From: Bacteroidota bacterium
GTDB lineage: Bacteria; Bacteroidota; Bacteroidia; Bacteroidales; NBLH01
Direction: 5' to 3'
Length of the DNA: 64,000 bases
Assembly: GCA_039714415.1 (NCBI GenBank)
Contig: JBDLJL010000001.1
Location: forward strand, 23,172-87,171
Shown here: piece after piece, positions 27,877 to 37,802 of the stretch
How the letters are laid out: each line of letters opens with the position of its first letter
Position numbering within the stretch: position 1 is the first letter of the stretch
Notes under the pieces: model-generated
The model's database searches: none
What the model was told of the DNA's origin: nothing
The model's input: only the letters and a program-made list of their open reading frames with translations
Position numbers and translations under genes: made by a program

Positions 27877-28392
27877 ATGCAAAAAATTTTCCTATCATTA
27901 GGAAGTAATCTTGAAAATAAGCTTTTAAACATAAAAAACGCATTAAAGCAAATTAATGAAAATGTTGGAAAAACAATAAAGGTTTCTTCATGTTACGAAA
28001 CGGAGCCTTGGGGCTTTAACGCTAATGATTGGTTTCTAAATATCGCTATTGAGCTTGAAACAGATTTTAACCCTAATGAATTATTGCAGAATTGCATGTG
28101 GATAGAAAATAATCTGGGACGCAAAAGAAATAAAACTGAAGTTGGTTATAGTTCAAGAACTATTGATATTGATATCCTTTTTTTTGGCAACGAGATTATA
28201 AACTTACCTAATTTAACTATTCCTCATGAACATGTACATAATAGGAAATTTGTATTGAAACCATTATGTGATATTGCACCGGAGTTTATTCATCCTACTT
28301 TAAAAGAATCGATTCAATCTCTTTTGCAAAAATGTACTGATAAAATGGAACTAAAAAGGCTTGATTATCAAATAGAAATTAATAATTTATAA
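27877..28392 (+). CDS. folK: 2-amino-4-hydroxy-6-hydroxymethyldihydropteridine diphosphokinase
   Basis: 171 aa with LSLGSNL, YETEPWG, RTIDIDILFF and PHEHVHNRKFVLKPL, the HPPK motifs. Confidence 0.9.
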   Translation: MQKIFLSLGSNLENKLLNIKNALKQINENVGKTIKVSSCYETEPWGFNANDWFLNIAIELETDFNPNELLQNCMWIENNLGRKRNKTEVGYSSRTIDIDILFFGNEIINLPNLTIPHEHVHNRKFVLKPLCDIAPEFIHPTLKESIQSLLQKCTDKMELKRLDYQIEINNL

Positions 28393-28408
28393 TCTCCTAA
28401 AAAAAATT

Positions 28409-28444
28409 GGGCAAGCCTTAATAATTGAATTTTTAGATACCACC
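28409..28444. repeat. Half-copy of the MITE-like repeat
   Basis: GGGCAAGCCTTAATAATTGAATTTTTAGATACCACC matches the right arm of the 17878-17998 element (TTAGGCAAGCCTTAATAATCGAATTTTTAGAAGTCACC). Confidence 0.7.
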
Positions 28445-28503
28445 AAAAAAGTTAATAAATTATAATTGTTTTAAATAAGAGACAGAAATTATAATAAAAG
28501 TAT

Positions 28504-28511
28504 TAATTTTG
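28504..28511 (+). promoter_or_regulatory. -7 box TAATTTTG upstream of ahcY
   Basis: Exact TAnnTTTG match, 37 bp before the ATG at 28548. Confidence 0.5.
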
Positions 28512-28547
28512 CAATCTCAAATTTGAAAATCATTTAAAATCAATAAA

Positions 28548-29966
28548 ATGGCAGAAACAATGGTTGAAACTCTTCCTTATAAAATAGCTGATATAAATTT
28601 GGCTGATTGGGGAAGAAAAGAAATTGAATTAGCGGAGTATGAAATGCCTGGATTAATGGCATTGAGAAAAAAATATGGCAGTGAAAAGCCTTTAAAAGGT
28701 GCGCAAGTTACCGGGTCATTGCATATGACAATTCAAACAGCAGTGTTAATAGAAACATTAACTGAATTGGGTGCCGATGTTCGTTGGGCAAGCTGTAATA
28801 TTTTTTCTACCCAGGATCATGCAGCTGCAGCTATTGCGAAAGCCGGTGTACCTGTTTATGCCTGGAAAGGTGAAACCCTTGAAGAGTACTGGTGGTGTAC
28901 TGAGCAAGCATTAACCTGGCCTGATGGTAGTGGTCCTGACTTGATAGTTGATGATGGTGGTGATGCTTCTATGATGGTATTAGTTGGTCATGATGCTGAA
29001 AAAGATGCCACGATACTAGATGAAGATGTAAAACAGGAAGATGAAATTGAATTATTCAAACGTTTGAAGATAACACTTGCTCAAAATCCTGATAAATGGA
29101 CAAAAGCAGTAGAAAAATTAAGAGGCGTTTCTGAAGAGACTACAACAGGTGTTCACAGATTGTATCAATTAATGGAAAAAGGGAAATTATTATTCCCGGC
29201 TATTAATGTGAATGATTCAGTTACAAAATCTAAATTTGATAATTTATATGGCTGTCGCGAATCCTTGGCTGATGGAATTAAGCGTGCTACCGATATTATG
29301 CTTGCCGGGAAAGTAGTTGTGGTTTGTGGATATGGTGATGTTGGTAAAGGTTGTGCCGTTTCTATGAAAGGATATGGTTCAAGGGTAATTACCACAGAAA
29401 TTGATCCAATTTGTGCTTTACAGGCATCAATGGAGGGCTACGAAGTAAAAACTGTTGAAGATTCTTTAGATGAGGGTAATATTTATGTAACCACAACGGG
29501 GAACAAAGATGTAATTACCATTGAACACATGGCCAAAATGAAGGATAAGTCAATTGTTTGTAACATTGGTCATTTCGATAATGAAATCCAGGTTGAACAA
29601 TTGGAAAATTATCCCGGAATTAAAAAAATTAATATTAAACCACAGGTTGATCAGTATGTTTTTCCTGACGGTCATTCAATTATTCTGCTTTCAGAAGGCC
29701 GTTTAGTAAACTTGGGTAATGCTACCGGACATCCATCATTTGTGATGAGTAATTCATTTACAAACCAAACTTTAGCACAGCTTGAGCTGTGGAAAAATGA
29801 TTATAAAATAGATGTTTATCGTTTACCAAAACATTTAGATGAGGAAGTTGCAAGATTACATCTTGAGCATGTTGGTGCAAAATTAACTGAACTTTCTGAT
29901 GATCAGGCAGAATATCTTGGGATACCTAAAACGGGTCCTTATAAAGCAGATCATTACAGATATTAA
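28548..29966 (+). CDS. ahcY: Adenosylhomocysteinase
   Basis: 472 aa. Highly conserved SAHH sequence throughout ([38 protein letters not shown] site, HFDNEI, C-terminal YRY). Confidence 0.97.
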   Translation: MAETMVETLPYKIADINLADWGRKEIELAEYEMPGLMALRKKYGSEKPLKGAQVTGSLHMTIQTAVLIETLTELGADVRWASCNIFSTQDHAAAAIAKAGVPVYAWKGETLEEYWWCTEQALTWPDGSGPDLIVDDGGDASMMVLVGHDAEKDATILDEDVKQEDEIELFKRLKITLAQNPDKWTKAVEKLRGVSEETTTGVHRLYQLMEKGKLLFPAINVNDSVTKSKFDNLYGCRESLADGIKRATDIMLAGKVVVVCGYGDVGKGCAVSMKGYGSRVITTEIDPICALQASMEGYEVKTVEDSLDEGNIYVTTTGNKDVITIEHMAKMKDKSIVCNIGHFDNEIQVEQLENYPGIKKINIKPQVDQYVFPDGHSIILLSEGRLVNLGNATGHPSFVMSNSFTNQTLAQLELWKNDYKIDVYRLPKHLDEEVARLHLEHVGAKLTELSDDQAEYLGIPKTGPYKADHYRY

Positions 29967-30045
29967 AAGTAGAATTTAGAAATCTGAATTTAGAAGTTTA
30001 AAGACGGAAGACAGAAGTTCGGAAGTCAGAATATAAAGTTAAATT

Positions 30046-30073
30046 AAGGCTGTCGGTTTGGCGGCCTTTTTTA
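30046..30073 (+). terminator. Probable terminator after ahcY
   Basis: AAGGCTGTC (30046-30054) pairs with GGCGGCCTT (30060-30068), including 2 G-U pairs. The TTTTTT run spans 30067-30072. Confidence 0.55.
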
Positions 30074-30148
30074 TTTTTATCTGCAATAAGCACTAAAAAA
30101 ATAAGGTATTACTACGAATTTTGTGGGTAACGAATTAAAAAATATATT

Positions 30149-30244
30149 GGTTATTTGTTTATACGTTTATTTGTTTATGTCCCCATATGATTATACAGCT
30201 TAATATTGCAGGTTATAAACAGATAAACAAATCAACAAATAACC
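30149..30244. repeat. 96-bp element bounded by 30-nt imperfect inverted repeats
   Basis: Left arm GGTTATTTGTTTATACGTTTATTTGTTTAT (30149-30178). The right arm's reverse complement is GGTTATTTGTTGATTTGTTTATCTGTTTAT (30215-30244). 26/30 positions match by manual alignment. Confidence 0.6.
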
Positions 30245-30292
30245 ATGGTAAATTTATCGTAGAAGTTATATTATTCATAAACACCCACTAAA

Positions 30293-32185
30293 ATGGTAAT
30301 AGAACCAAAAATAAACAGTATTGATATGGAGAAGCTAAATGAATTATATAATGAAAGGGCATTAAAATTTGCATATGATCTAAAAGAACTTAAACGTAAA
30401 AACAGAATGGTTTCTGCTATTAGGTTGATTTTATTTTTGAGTGCCATTGCTATTTCTATATTTATCAGTGATTATGGGATTTATTCTATAATGGCTACTT
30501 TTTTTATTGCTTTAATACCATTTCTTATCCTGGTGAAAATAAATGTAAGGTATGAAAAGGAAATAAATCATCTAAAAGCATTATACGAAATCAACAAAAA
30601 TGAAATTGAGGGTTTAAAAGGAAATATCTCAGTATTCAGAAATGGGAAAGAATATATTAATTACGATCATACTTTTAGTTATGACCTTGATATATTTGGC
30701 GAAGGCTCAATTTATCAGTCAATAAACAGGAGTTGTACAAAGGGTGGGGCAGATGTATTGGCAGAATCATTTAAAAACCCTTTACAGGATAAAAGCAAAA
30801 TTTTTTTAAAGCAACAGGCAATAAAAGAACTATCAGAGCAATTAAATTGGCGACAGGATTTTCAGGCAACGGGAAATACCGTTCTTGAAAGTGACGAAGA
30901 ACAAGGCAGCTCCTCATCATGGTTTTCAAAAAATAATTTGGTCTTTAAAAACGATAGTTCTTTTCATGAAGAAATTGTGAATTGGGTAAAAACACCTTTT
31001 AATTTTATTACTATCAAGCTTCTTTCTTATTTGTTGATATTGTTACCAGCTGTTACACTAATTCTTTTTGCTTTTACGGTTTTGGGTAAATTCCCGTTTA
31101 TGGGCTTTATCATTTGGGGTTTGGCAATGTTATCTTATGTGGGTTATTACATTAAAAAAGTAAGTTTTATCCATAACCGGATTGGTAAAAAAGTAAATAT
31201 TCTTGATAAATATGGAAAGTTATTAAAACTTATAGAACATGAGTCATATAAATCTGAATATTTATTAAACTTAGTGAAAAACACTGTGGTTGAAGGACAC
31301 AGTGCATCTACGGAACTAAATCGTTTAAGAAAATTGGTAAAAGCATTGGATAACAGGGCAAATATTCTTTTTGCTTTTTTTGCAAATGCATTTGTTTTAT
31401 GGGATTTACAAGTAGTTTACCGAATTGAAAAATGGCGGGAAAAGAACCAAAACAACATGGTTAAATGGTTTGATACTATTTATAAATTTGATGCCGTTTC
31501 CAGTATGGCAACATTTACCTATAATCACCCCAATTACATTATTCCAGAAGTAAAAGATGGTGAATTTTTACTTGAAATAGAAAAAGGTGGGCATCCGCTG
31601 CTTGAAGATAAAGTGAGAATAGACAACAATTTTATAATGAATGGGCATGGTCAGATTAGTATTATTACCGGTGCAAACATGGCTGGGAAAAGTACTTTTT
31701 TGAGAACAATAGGGGTAAATTTGGTATTAGCAATGACCGGGAATGTAGTTTGTGCTCAAAAATTTTCTTTTGTTCCAATTCCAATTCATACAAGTGTTCG
31801 TACAAATGACTCCTTACAAAAAAGTGAATCGTATTTTTTTGCTGAATTAAAAAGGTTGAAATCAATTATAGACCGACTTGAAAAAGGTGAAAAACTATTT
31901 GTAATTATTGATGAAATGTTAAGAGGAACCAATTCCAAAGATAAACATCTGGGTTCAGAAGCATTAACAAAACAAATGATAAAGCTGGAAGCATCTGGTT
32001 TAATTGCTACCCATGATATTGCTCTGGGTGAACTGATTCAAAAATACCCTCAAAATATTAAAAATCAGCGATTTGAAGTTGAGATCGAAGGTGGTAATTT
32101 GGTTTTTGATTATTTGTTAAAATCAGGTATTAGCCAGAACTTAAATGCTGTGTTCTTAATGAAGAAAATGGGAATTATTATTTGA
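30293..32185 (+). CDS. MutS-related ATPase (MutS domain V) with membrane-spanning N-terminal half
   Basis: 630 aa. The C-terminal half has ITGANMAGKSTFLRTIG (Walker A), FAELKRL and the LFVIDEMLRGTN (Walker B) MutS-family ATPase motifs. TM helices are present in the N-terminal half. The start may be the Met at MEKLNELYN. Confidence 0.8.
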   Translation: MVIEPKINSIDMEKLNELYNERALKFAYDLKELKRKNRMVSAIRLILFLSAIAISIFISDYGIYSIMATFFIALIPFLILVKINVRYEKEINHLKALYEINKNEIEGLKGNISVFRNGKEYINYDHTFSYDLDIFGEGSIYQSINRSCTKGGADVLAESFKNPLQDKSKIFLKQQAIKELSEQLNWRQDFQATGNTVLESDEEQGSSSSWFSKNNLVFKNDSSFHEEIVNWVKTPFNFITIKLLSYLLILLPAVTLILFAFTVLGKFPFMGFIIWGLAMLSYVGYYIKKVSFIHNRIGKKVNILDKYGKLLKLIEHESYKSEYLLNLVKNTVVEGHSASTELNRLRKLVKALDNRANILFAFFANAFVLWDLQVVYRIEKWREKNQNNMVKWFDTIYKFDAVSSMATFTYNHPNYIIPEVKDGEFLLEIEKGGHPLLEDKVRIDNNFIMNGHGQISIITGANMAGKSTFLRTIGVNLVLAMTGNVVCAQKFSFVPIPIHTSVRTNDSLQKSESYFFAELKRLKSIIDRLEKGEKLFVIIDEMLRGTNSKDKHLGSEALTKQMIKLEASGLIATHDIALGELIQKYPQNIKNQRFEVEIEGGNLVFDYLLKSGISQNLNAVFLMKKMGIII

Positions 32186-32196
32186 GTATCATAGTT

Positions 32197-32235
32197 CAAG
32201 AATAAAGGTTCAAGTTGTTTGAACCTTTATTCTTG
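32197..32235. terminator. 17-bp perfect hairpin between convergent genes
   Basis: CAAGAATAAAGGTTCAA (32197-32213), loop GTTGT, TTGAACCTTTATTCTTG (32219-32235). It has no strong T-run. Confidence 0.55.
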
Positions 32236-32240
32236 AGACT

Positions 32241-32747
32241 CTATTTCACCTTACCTGATTTGTAATAGGCTTTTTTATAATATGTTTGGTCTAAATCATT
32301 AACCACAACCCCTTTTGATGCGGCATGAATAAATTTATTATCAGCAATATAAATCCCAACATGTGAAATTTTCCTGCCTGAGGTTTTAAAGAATATCAAA
32401 TCGCCTGTATCCAGTTTTCGTTTACTGATTTTCCGAACATCTTTTATCATATCTCTTGAAGTACGGTGTAATTTTTTATCATAGACCTCACGATAAACTG
32501 AACTGACAAATCCTGAGCAATCGGTACCGGACTTTGTTGTTCCACCATATCTGTACCTGACACCTTTCCATTCGGCCATTACTTTAATTAACTTTTTATC
32601 TTCTTTACCTGTTAAGTTAACCCCTAATTTTTTTGAATAGGCTGCATAAAAATTCTTGTTACTGGCTTTTTTCGATGTTCCACAGGAAGCTAATGAAACG
32701 GAAAAAAGAAGTACTGATAAGTATAAAATAGATTTTCTTGTTTTCAT
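32241..32747 (-). CDS. NlpC/P60 (C40) peptidoglycan endopeptidase lipoprotein
   Basis: 168 aa with a lipobox (LASCGTS). The catalytic Cys context is GTDCSGFVSSVY and the His context is HVGIYI. Confidence 0.85.
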   Translation of the reverse strand: MKTRKSILYLSVLLFSVSLASCGTSKKASNKNFYAAYSKKLGVNLTGKEDKKLIKVMAEWKGVRYRYGGTTKSGTDCSGFVSSVYREVYDKKLHRTSRDMIKDVRKISKRKLDTGDLIFFKTSGRKISHVGIYIADNKFIHAASKGVVVNDLDQTYYKKAYYKSGKVK

Positions 32748-32845
32748 AACTTGACAATTTGTAAATTATGAAGGCAAAAATATAAAGAACACTTTACACT
32801 TGCAAGTATTTTTATCTTTTTTAATATACCCGTGTTATGATTATG

Positions 32846-33838
32846 CTATTTCTTTCTGGATATTTCGGCTTCAATTAATTCCGTCAATAAATCGCTGAAA
32901 TTTACACCTTGTTTTTTTATTTGTTTAGGAACAAGGCTGACAGGGGTCATCCCCGGAATTGTGTTTAGTTCCAGAAAATAAAGTTTTCCACTATTTATAA
33001 TATAGTCAATTCGAACTATTCCTCTACAGTTAAGGTGATCATATATCTCAGAAGATAGGTTCTGGCAATTAGCAGTTAATTTATCATTAATAGGGGCAGG
33101 GGTAATTTCCTGGGTTTCTTTGTCATCGTATTTTGCATTATAATCAAAAAACTCGTTTGTTGTTTTTATTTCTGTCAAGGGGAATAGGTATTCTCTGTTA
33201 TTTACTTTTACCAGGCCTGAAGTAATCTCTCTTCCTTCAATGAATTGCTCAACTATTACCTGGTCAGATTCTTCAAAAGCTTTATTAATGGCTGGAATTA
33301 GCTCTGATTCTATTTTAACTTTTGAGATTCCAAAACTGGAACCTCCCTCATTAGGCTTTACAAAACAAGGCAGGCCTGTTTTTTTCATAATAGCCTTGGT
33401 ATCAATAACATCTTGCTTCTTTACCAGTAAGGATTCCGGAATAGAAATACCCATTTGTTTCAAATAAGTATTACAAAAAAACTTATTAAATGTAAGTGAG
33501 GAACAGAGCACATCACAAGAAACGTATGGTAAGCCTATCATTTCAAAATAGGATTGCAATTTCCCATCTTCACCTGGCGTACCATGTATAGAAATATAAG
33601 CACAATCAAACTTTACTTTCTGTCCGTTGTCGTTAAAACTAAAATCATCTTTATTGATTGGAATACCACAGTACAAGTCACTGGTCAGTTCCCAGTCTTT
33701 TCCCTTCACCAGTACAGTATATACATTGTATTTTTCTTTATCGATATTTTTGGCAATAGTTTCTGCACTTTGTAATGAGATATAGTATTCAGAGGAATTT
33801 CCTCCCGCAATAACTGCAATATTTTTCTTCATTGTCAT
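32846..33838 (-). CDS. ddl: D-alanine--D-alanine ligase
   Basis: 330 aa with an ATP-grasp fold: HGTPGEDGKLQ, KPNEGGSSFGISKV and the C-terminal ELNTIPGMT motif. Confidence 0.93.
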   Translation of the reverse strand: MTMKKNIAVIAGGNSSEYYISLQSAETIAKNIDKEKYNVYTVLVKGKDWELTSDLYCGIPINKDDFSFNDNGQKVKFDCAYISIHGTPGEDGKLQSYFEMIGLPYVSCDVLCSSLTFNKFFCNTYLKQMGISIPESLLVKKQDVIDTKAIMKKTGLPCFVKPNEGGSSFGISKVKIESELIPAINKAFEESDQVIVEQFIEGREITSGLVKVNNREYLFPLTEIKTTNEFFDYNAKYDDKETQEITPAPINDKLTANCQNLSSEIYDHLNCRGIVRIDYIINSGKLYFLELNTIPGMTPVSLVPKQIKKQGVNFSDLLTELIEAEISRKK

Positions 33839-33874
33839 CTAATATTTTCGATAAATGGGATTTTAAATGAGTTT

Positions 33875-34894
33875 CTACTGGTTTCTGTTTTGAATGTAGG
33901 AACGCCATTTTTCTATTGCAGTTTTCATATCTTCCGGTAATTCCGAGTCAAAAAACATATTTTCACCGGTTTTTGGGTGAATAAACCCAAGTGATTTTGC
34001 ATGCAAAGCCTGTCGGGGAAGAATATTAAAACAATTCTGCACAAACTGTTTGTATTTTGTAAAAGTTGTACCCTTTAAAATCTTATCACCACCATATTCT
34101 TCATCATTAAAAAGTGGGTGACCAACATATTTCATATGCGCACGAATTTGATGGGTACGACCTGTTTCCAGTTTGCACTCAATCTGGGTAACATAACCAT
34201 AGCGCTCAATAACTTTATAATGTGTAACAGCATGCTTACCGTAATCCCCATCAGGGAATACACTCATTACTTTTCGGTTTTTTAGGTTACGGCCAATATG
34301 CCCGGTAATGGTTCCTTCATCTTCTTCAAAATTGCCCCAAACTAAAGCAATATACTTGCGGTTAGTAGTACGATCAAAAAATTGTTTGGATAAATGCATT
34401 TTTGCGTCTTCGGTTTTTGCAATTAGCAAAATTCCCGAAGTGTTCTTATCAATGCGATGTATAAGTCCGGGGCGCTCATTATCATTTTTAAAAAGTTCAT
34501 TATCTTTTAAATGATATGCAAGGGCGTTAAGCAATGTTCCCGAGTAATGCCCGTAACTTGGGTGCACCACCATGCCGGGCTGTTTATTTACAAGCAATAA
34601 TTCGTCATCTTCATAAACAATATTTACGGGAATATCTTCCGGTATAATTTCAATTTCACGTGGTGGGTATTCAAATACGATACTGACAACATCACCGGGC
34701 TTTACCTTATAATTAGATTTTACGGCTTTATTGTTTACAAGAATATTGCCAGTACTGGCTGATTCCTGAATGCGATTCCGTGAAATATTCTCAATTTTAT
34801 TAAATAAGAATTTATCTATCCGCAAAGGCGACTGGCCATTGTCTACCGTATATTTGAAATGTTCAAAGAGTTGATTTCCTTCAGTTTCCTGCAT
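33875..34894 (-). CDS. rluD: 23S rRNA pseudouridine synthase, RluA/RluD family
   Basis: 339 aa with an S4 domain (RIDKFL...SRNRIQ) and the catalytic HRIDKNTSGILLIAK motif. Confidence 0.9.
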   Translation of the reverse strand: MQETEGNQLFEHFKYTVDNGQSPLRIDKFLFNKIENISRNRIQESASTGNILVNNKAVKSNYKVKPGDVVSIVFEYPPREIEIIPEDIPVNIVYEDDELLLVNKQPGMVVHPSYGHYSGTLLNALAYHLKDNELFKNDNERPGLIHRIDKNTSGILLIAKTEDAKMHLSKQFFDRTTNRKYIALVWGNFEEDEGTITGHIGRNLKNRKVMSVFPDGDYGKHAVTHYKVIERYGYVTQIECKLETGRTHQIRAHMKYVGHPLFNDEEYGGDKILKGTTFTKYKQFVQNCFNILPRQALHAKSLGFIHPKTGENMFFDSELPEDMKTAIEKWRSYIQNRNQ

Positions 34895-34935
34895 ATTATT
34901 TCTAAATTACCTTTAGCATTATTAGCCAACGCTTA

Positions 34936-36828
34936 TTAATTGATTTTTACGATTTTTTTAGTTTCTGTAAAAGATTTATTTTTATCAGTAAATCTCAAAA
35001 AATAAATTCCTTCTTTAAAACCTGAAAAATCAATGAGTTTTTCTTTATCAAAATCTGAATGATATATGATTTGACCTCTTAAATTGATAATACTCAGACT
35101 TATAGGGTCATTTATTATATTGTTTCTCAATCGGATATGTAAAGTATTTGTAACAGGATTAGGGTATAGATCAATTTGTGGTTTTTTGTTTATTTCTTCA
35201 GTGATTTTCGGTGATGAAGTAATTAGATTTTCACCAAAAACCGGACGGATCATTAATGAGCCGTCATATTTTGAATTTTCCCAGTTACCTGTAATATTAT
35301 AGAATATTTTGTTATTGACCCTGGTGTTTACATCAAAACCAATATTTAGCAGATCTTCAGTAGTTTGTACCCAGCCTACGTAGAAATTACCGTTTATTAC
35401 TAAAATAGTATCAATATTGAAAGTATGAAATTTGTTCAGTTCATTTTCATATTCAGGTAATACACCTTCTTTTTCATAAATTATTTGCCCTGGTAACCCT
35501 GTACCGTCATCTTCCCATACAGTTAAATAAAAGTATTTTTGGCTGGCATCGTTGAATGTCCGGTTAAAATACATTTGTACAGCTTTTAAAGTATCTGATT
35601 TCCTGGAATTAAACTGGTAGGCCAGTCTTGCAAACCGGGTTCCTTCACCTTTAAGGCCATAACCGACTTCAGCACTTCCATCATCATAAGCATAAAAGTT
35701 GTAAAATTTTTGAATATATTGTAACTCATTGTTTTCGATAGGATCAAAATCATCTGTAGTAATCAGGCTTTTTACTAAAAAACTTGCCGTATCAGTTGAG
35801 TTCGTTACGAAAGAATAACTGTAAGGTGCAGAATAATTTATTGGTATGTCAGGGGGAGTATCATAAGAGCCGCCATGAAGTGTATCATTTATTCTGTTTG
35901 ATGTATTATCAATAAAAACAAAGTCAAGTTGCTCGATTAAGTGGTCGATATTATCATTATTCTTATAAGTAACTTCAATATTTGGTTTTAATTCGCTCGC
36001 TGGACTTATTAAAAAATGTTTCCATGGCATAGCTTGATAATCATTAAGGAATGAATGCATTGGATTAACAAAAGCTATATCATGGTGTACAGTATCTGAA
36101 GCACTTCGGTTTTTGTCTAACTTTACATAGTCAATATGCCAATGATCAACATTACCGACTTCGCTTGGTACACTGTTTGAGGAAAGGCTTGCCCTGTTCT
36201 TAAACCTAAACCGGAATCCTTTTTTCAGATATTTGCTTTCATTAATATGTAAAATTACTTGTTCAAAGTTTTGGTTTGTTCCTCCAGGTATTTCCCAGAT
36301 AGTGTTCCAAATCCCGGCTTCCGGTTCATAAAATTCCAATATTAAAGAATCCTTTTCTTCCGGGGCATCACCAAGTCCTTGGGGTTGATAATAAAAACTT
36401 ATATAGATAGTTTGATCTCCGGGATAATCTAGATTTATAGGCTGTGAACTCAAATAATCAGCAATAAAAGATAGATCATATCCTGAACTGGGATAAAATT
36501 TGCCTTTGGCATCTATTGCATCAAAAGTTGCTACGCCAATTGATGGCGGGTTATCTTGATATGAGCTATTTATAAAAACTGAACTATCTGCCCATAAATT
36601 TTGATTAGGGTATAGATAACTGTTGGAAAAATCATCAAAAAATGGTAGCTCAAGCGTGTCAGTTGCTTTGAGACCTTTAAAAGCTTCTTTCGTTTTTAAA
36701 TACTCCTTTAGTTTCGGATTCTCGTTTAAAGGTATAAGAATTTCTTGTGCAAGAAGCAGATTGCTTGATTGATAGCCAAACACAAAAATGTATATTATTA
36801 AGAAAATTCGATGTTTAATATTCTGCAT
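34936..36828 (-). CDS. Secreted protein with T9SS C-terminal sorting domain
   Basis: 630 aa with a signal peptide. The C-terminal LYPNPVTNTLHIRL...GIYFLRFTD...KIVKIN matches the type-A T9SS CTD pattern. The body is unassigned. Confidence 0.7.
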   Translation of the reverse strand: MQNIKHRIFLIIYIFVFGYQSSNLLLAQEILIPLNENPKLKEYLKTKEAFKGLKATDTLELPFFDDFSNSYLYPNQNLWADSSVFINSSYQDNPPSIGVATFDAIDAKGKFYPSSGYDLSFIADYLSSQPINLDYPGDQTIYISFYYQPQGLGDAPEEKDSLILEFYEPEAGIWNTIWEIPGGTNQNFEQVILHINESKYLKKGFRFRFKNRASLSSNSVPSEVGNVDHWHIDYVKLDKNRSASDTVHHDIAFVNPMHSFLNDYQAMPWKHFLISPASELKPNIEVTYKNNDNIDHLIEQLDFVFIDNTSNRINDTLHGGSYDTPPDIPINYSAPYSYSFVTNSTDTASFLVKSLITTDDFDPIENNELQYIQKFYNFYAYDDGSAEVGYGLKGEGTRFARLAYQFNSRKSDTLKAVQMYFNRTFNDASQKYFYLTVWEDDGTGLPGQIIYEKEGVLPEYENELNKFHTFNIDTILVINGNFYVGWVQTTEDLLNIGFDVNTRVNNKIFYNITGNWENSKYDGSLMIRPVFGENLITSSPKITEEINKKPQIDLYPNPVTNTLHIRLRNNIINDPISLSIINLRGQIIYHSDFDKEKLIDFSGFKEGIYFLRFTDKNKSFTETKKIVKIN

Positions 36829-36870
36829 TAGTAAATAATAAATTTGTTTGTAGCTTCACTTCTTTATGTA

Positions 36871-37749
36871 TTAATATTCGGAATCTCTTCCGGCATCTAC
36901 TTTATTCATGTCTAAAGTTAACCATATATCAATTGGTGAACCAATAGTTATTTGTGTATTTTTTTCCGGGCTTTGTTTCCAAATTATAGCATTTGTGCTA
37001 TCCTGACTGCTTTCAACGGTCTGGTCATAAATTAAAATCCCTATATTGAGGGAGTGATCAGCAGTGTTTTGAGTTGCAACATCAAAGGTTAGACCTTTTA
37101 AATCAGGTACTATTGTTATTTTGTTGGATTTTCCAAGTCCCAAAACTAAATCAATTATTGAGTTTTTTTCAATAAATGTCCCAGGGGTTATTGGTTTGCC
37201 TCTAAACATTTGTTCTAAAACATTATTGGTTGCGATGTCCGGAATATATTTTAATTTTCCAATTTTTAATCCATAAGTCTCAATATCTGCTTTTGCTTGA
37301 ATTAACGAAACACCAGTAAAATCAGGCATAGGGATTCTTTGTGGGTTAAAGGTTTTAACGGTTAACAAAATCGTTCTTCCTTCTTTAACCTTAAAATTTG
37401 CAGGTGGTGTTTGAGCTATAACAGTTCCTTTTTTACCAGGGGCATTAAATACTGAGTCTATTATTTTAAATTTCAGGTTTTTCTTATCTGCTTCTTTTGC
37501 TACTTGTTTAATATCCAAACCTGTAAAATCAGGAACTGACAGACCTTCACCGTGATGAGTGATTAGGTTTAATGAGAAAAATGTTCCAAATAATAGAACA
37601 ATGACCATTAAAATAGCAAAGCCAAAGTGTTTTAAGAAAAGTTTAGAATAAATAAAACTTCCAAGGTTTTTTAAAAATGGCTTAGAGTAAATAAAATTTC
37701 CTAGTTTTTTTATGAAAACCAGAAGTTTTTTGTTTGTTTGAGTATCCAT
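36871..37749 (-). CDS. PASTA-domain membrane-anchored protein
   Basis: 292 aa with one TM helix, then three repeats of the PDFTG/PDLKG...G pattern typical of PASTA domains. Confidence 0.75.
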   Translation of the reverse strand: MDTQTNKKLLVFIKKLGNFIYSKPFLKNLGSFIYSKLFLKHFGFAILMVIVLLFGTFFSLNLITHHGEGLSVPDFTGLDIKQVAKEADKKNLKFKIIDSVFNAPGKKGTVIAQTPPANFKVKEGRTILLTVKTFNPQRIPMPDFTGVSLIQAKADIETYGLKIGKLKYIPDIATNNVLEQMFRGKPITPGTFIEKNSIIDLVLGLGKSNKITIVPDLKGLTFDVATQNTADHSLNIGILIYDQTVESSQDSTNAIIWKQSPEKNTQITIGSPIDIWLTLDMNKVDAGRDSEY

Positions 37750-37802
37750 TATTTAATTAATATTTAATTTTTATAAAACGGAGAAACAAAGATAAAATTA
37801 TC

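Noticed and set aside
27367-27882. 171-aa minus-strand ORF covering the MarR locus
   Set aside because: The plus-strand frame encodes a clear MarR winged-helix protein. The minus-strand product is an Ile/Leu/Ser/Phe-rich shadow translation.
28393-28547. Looked for an SAH riboswitch upstream of ahcY
   Set aside because: The leader is AT-rich with only a MITE half-copy and a -7 box. I saw no GC-rich pseudoknot-type conserved core.
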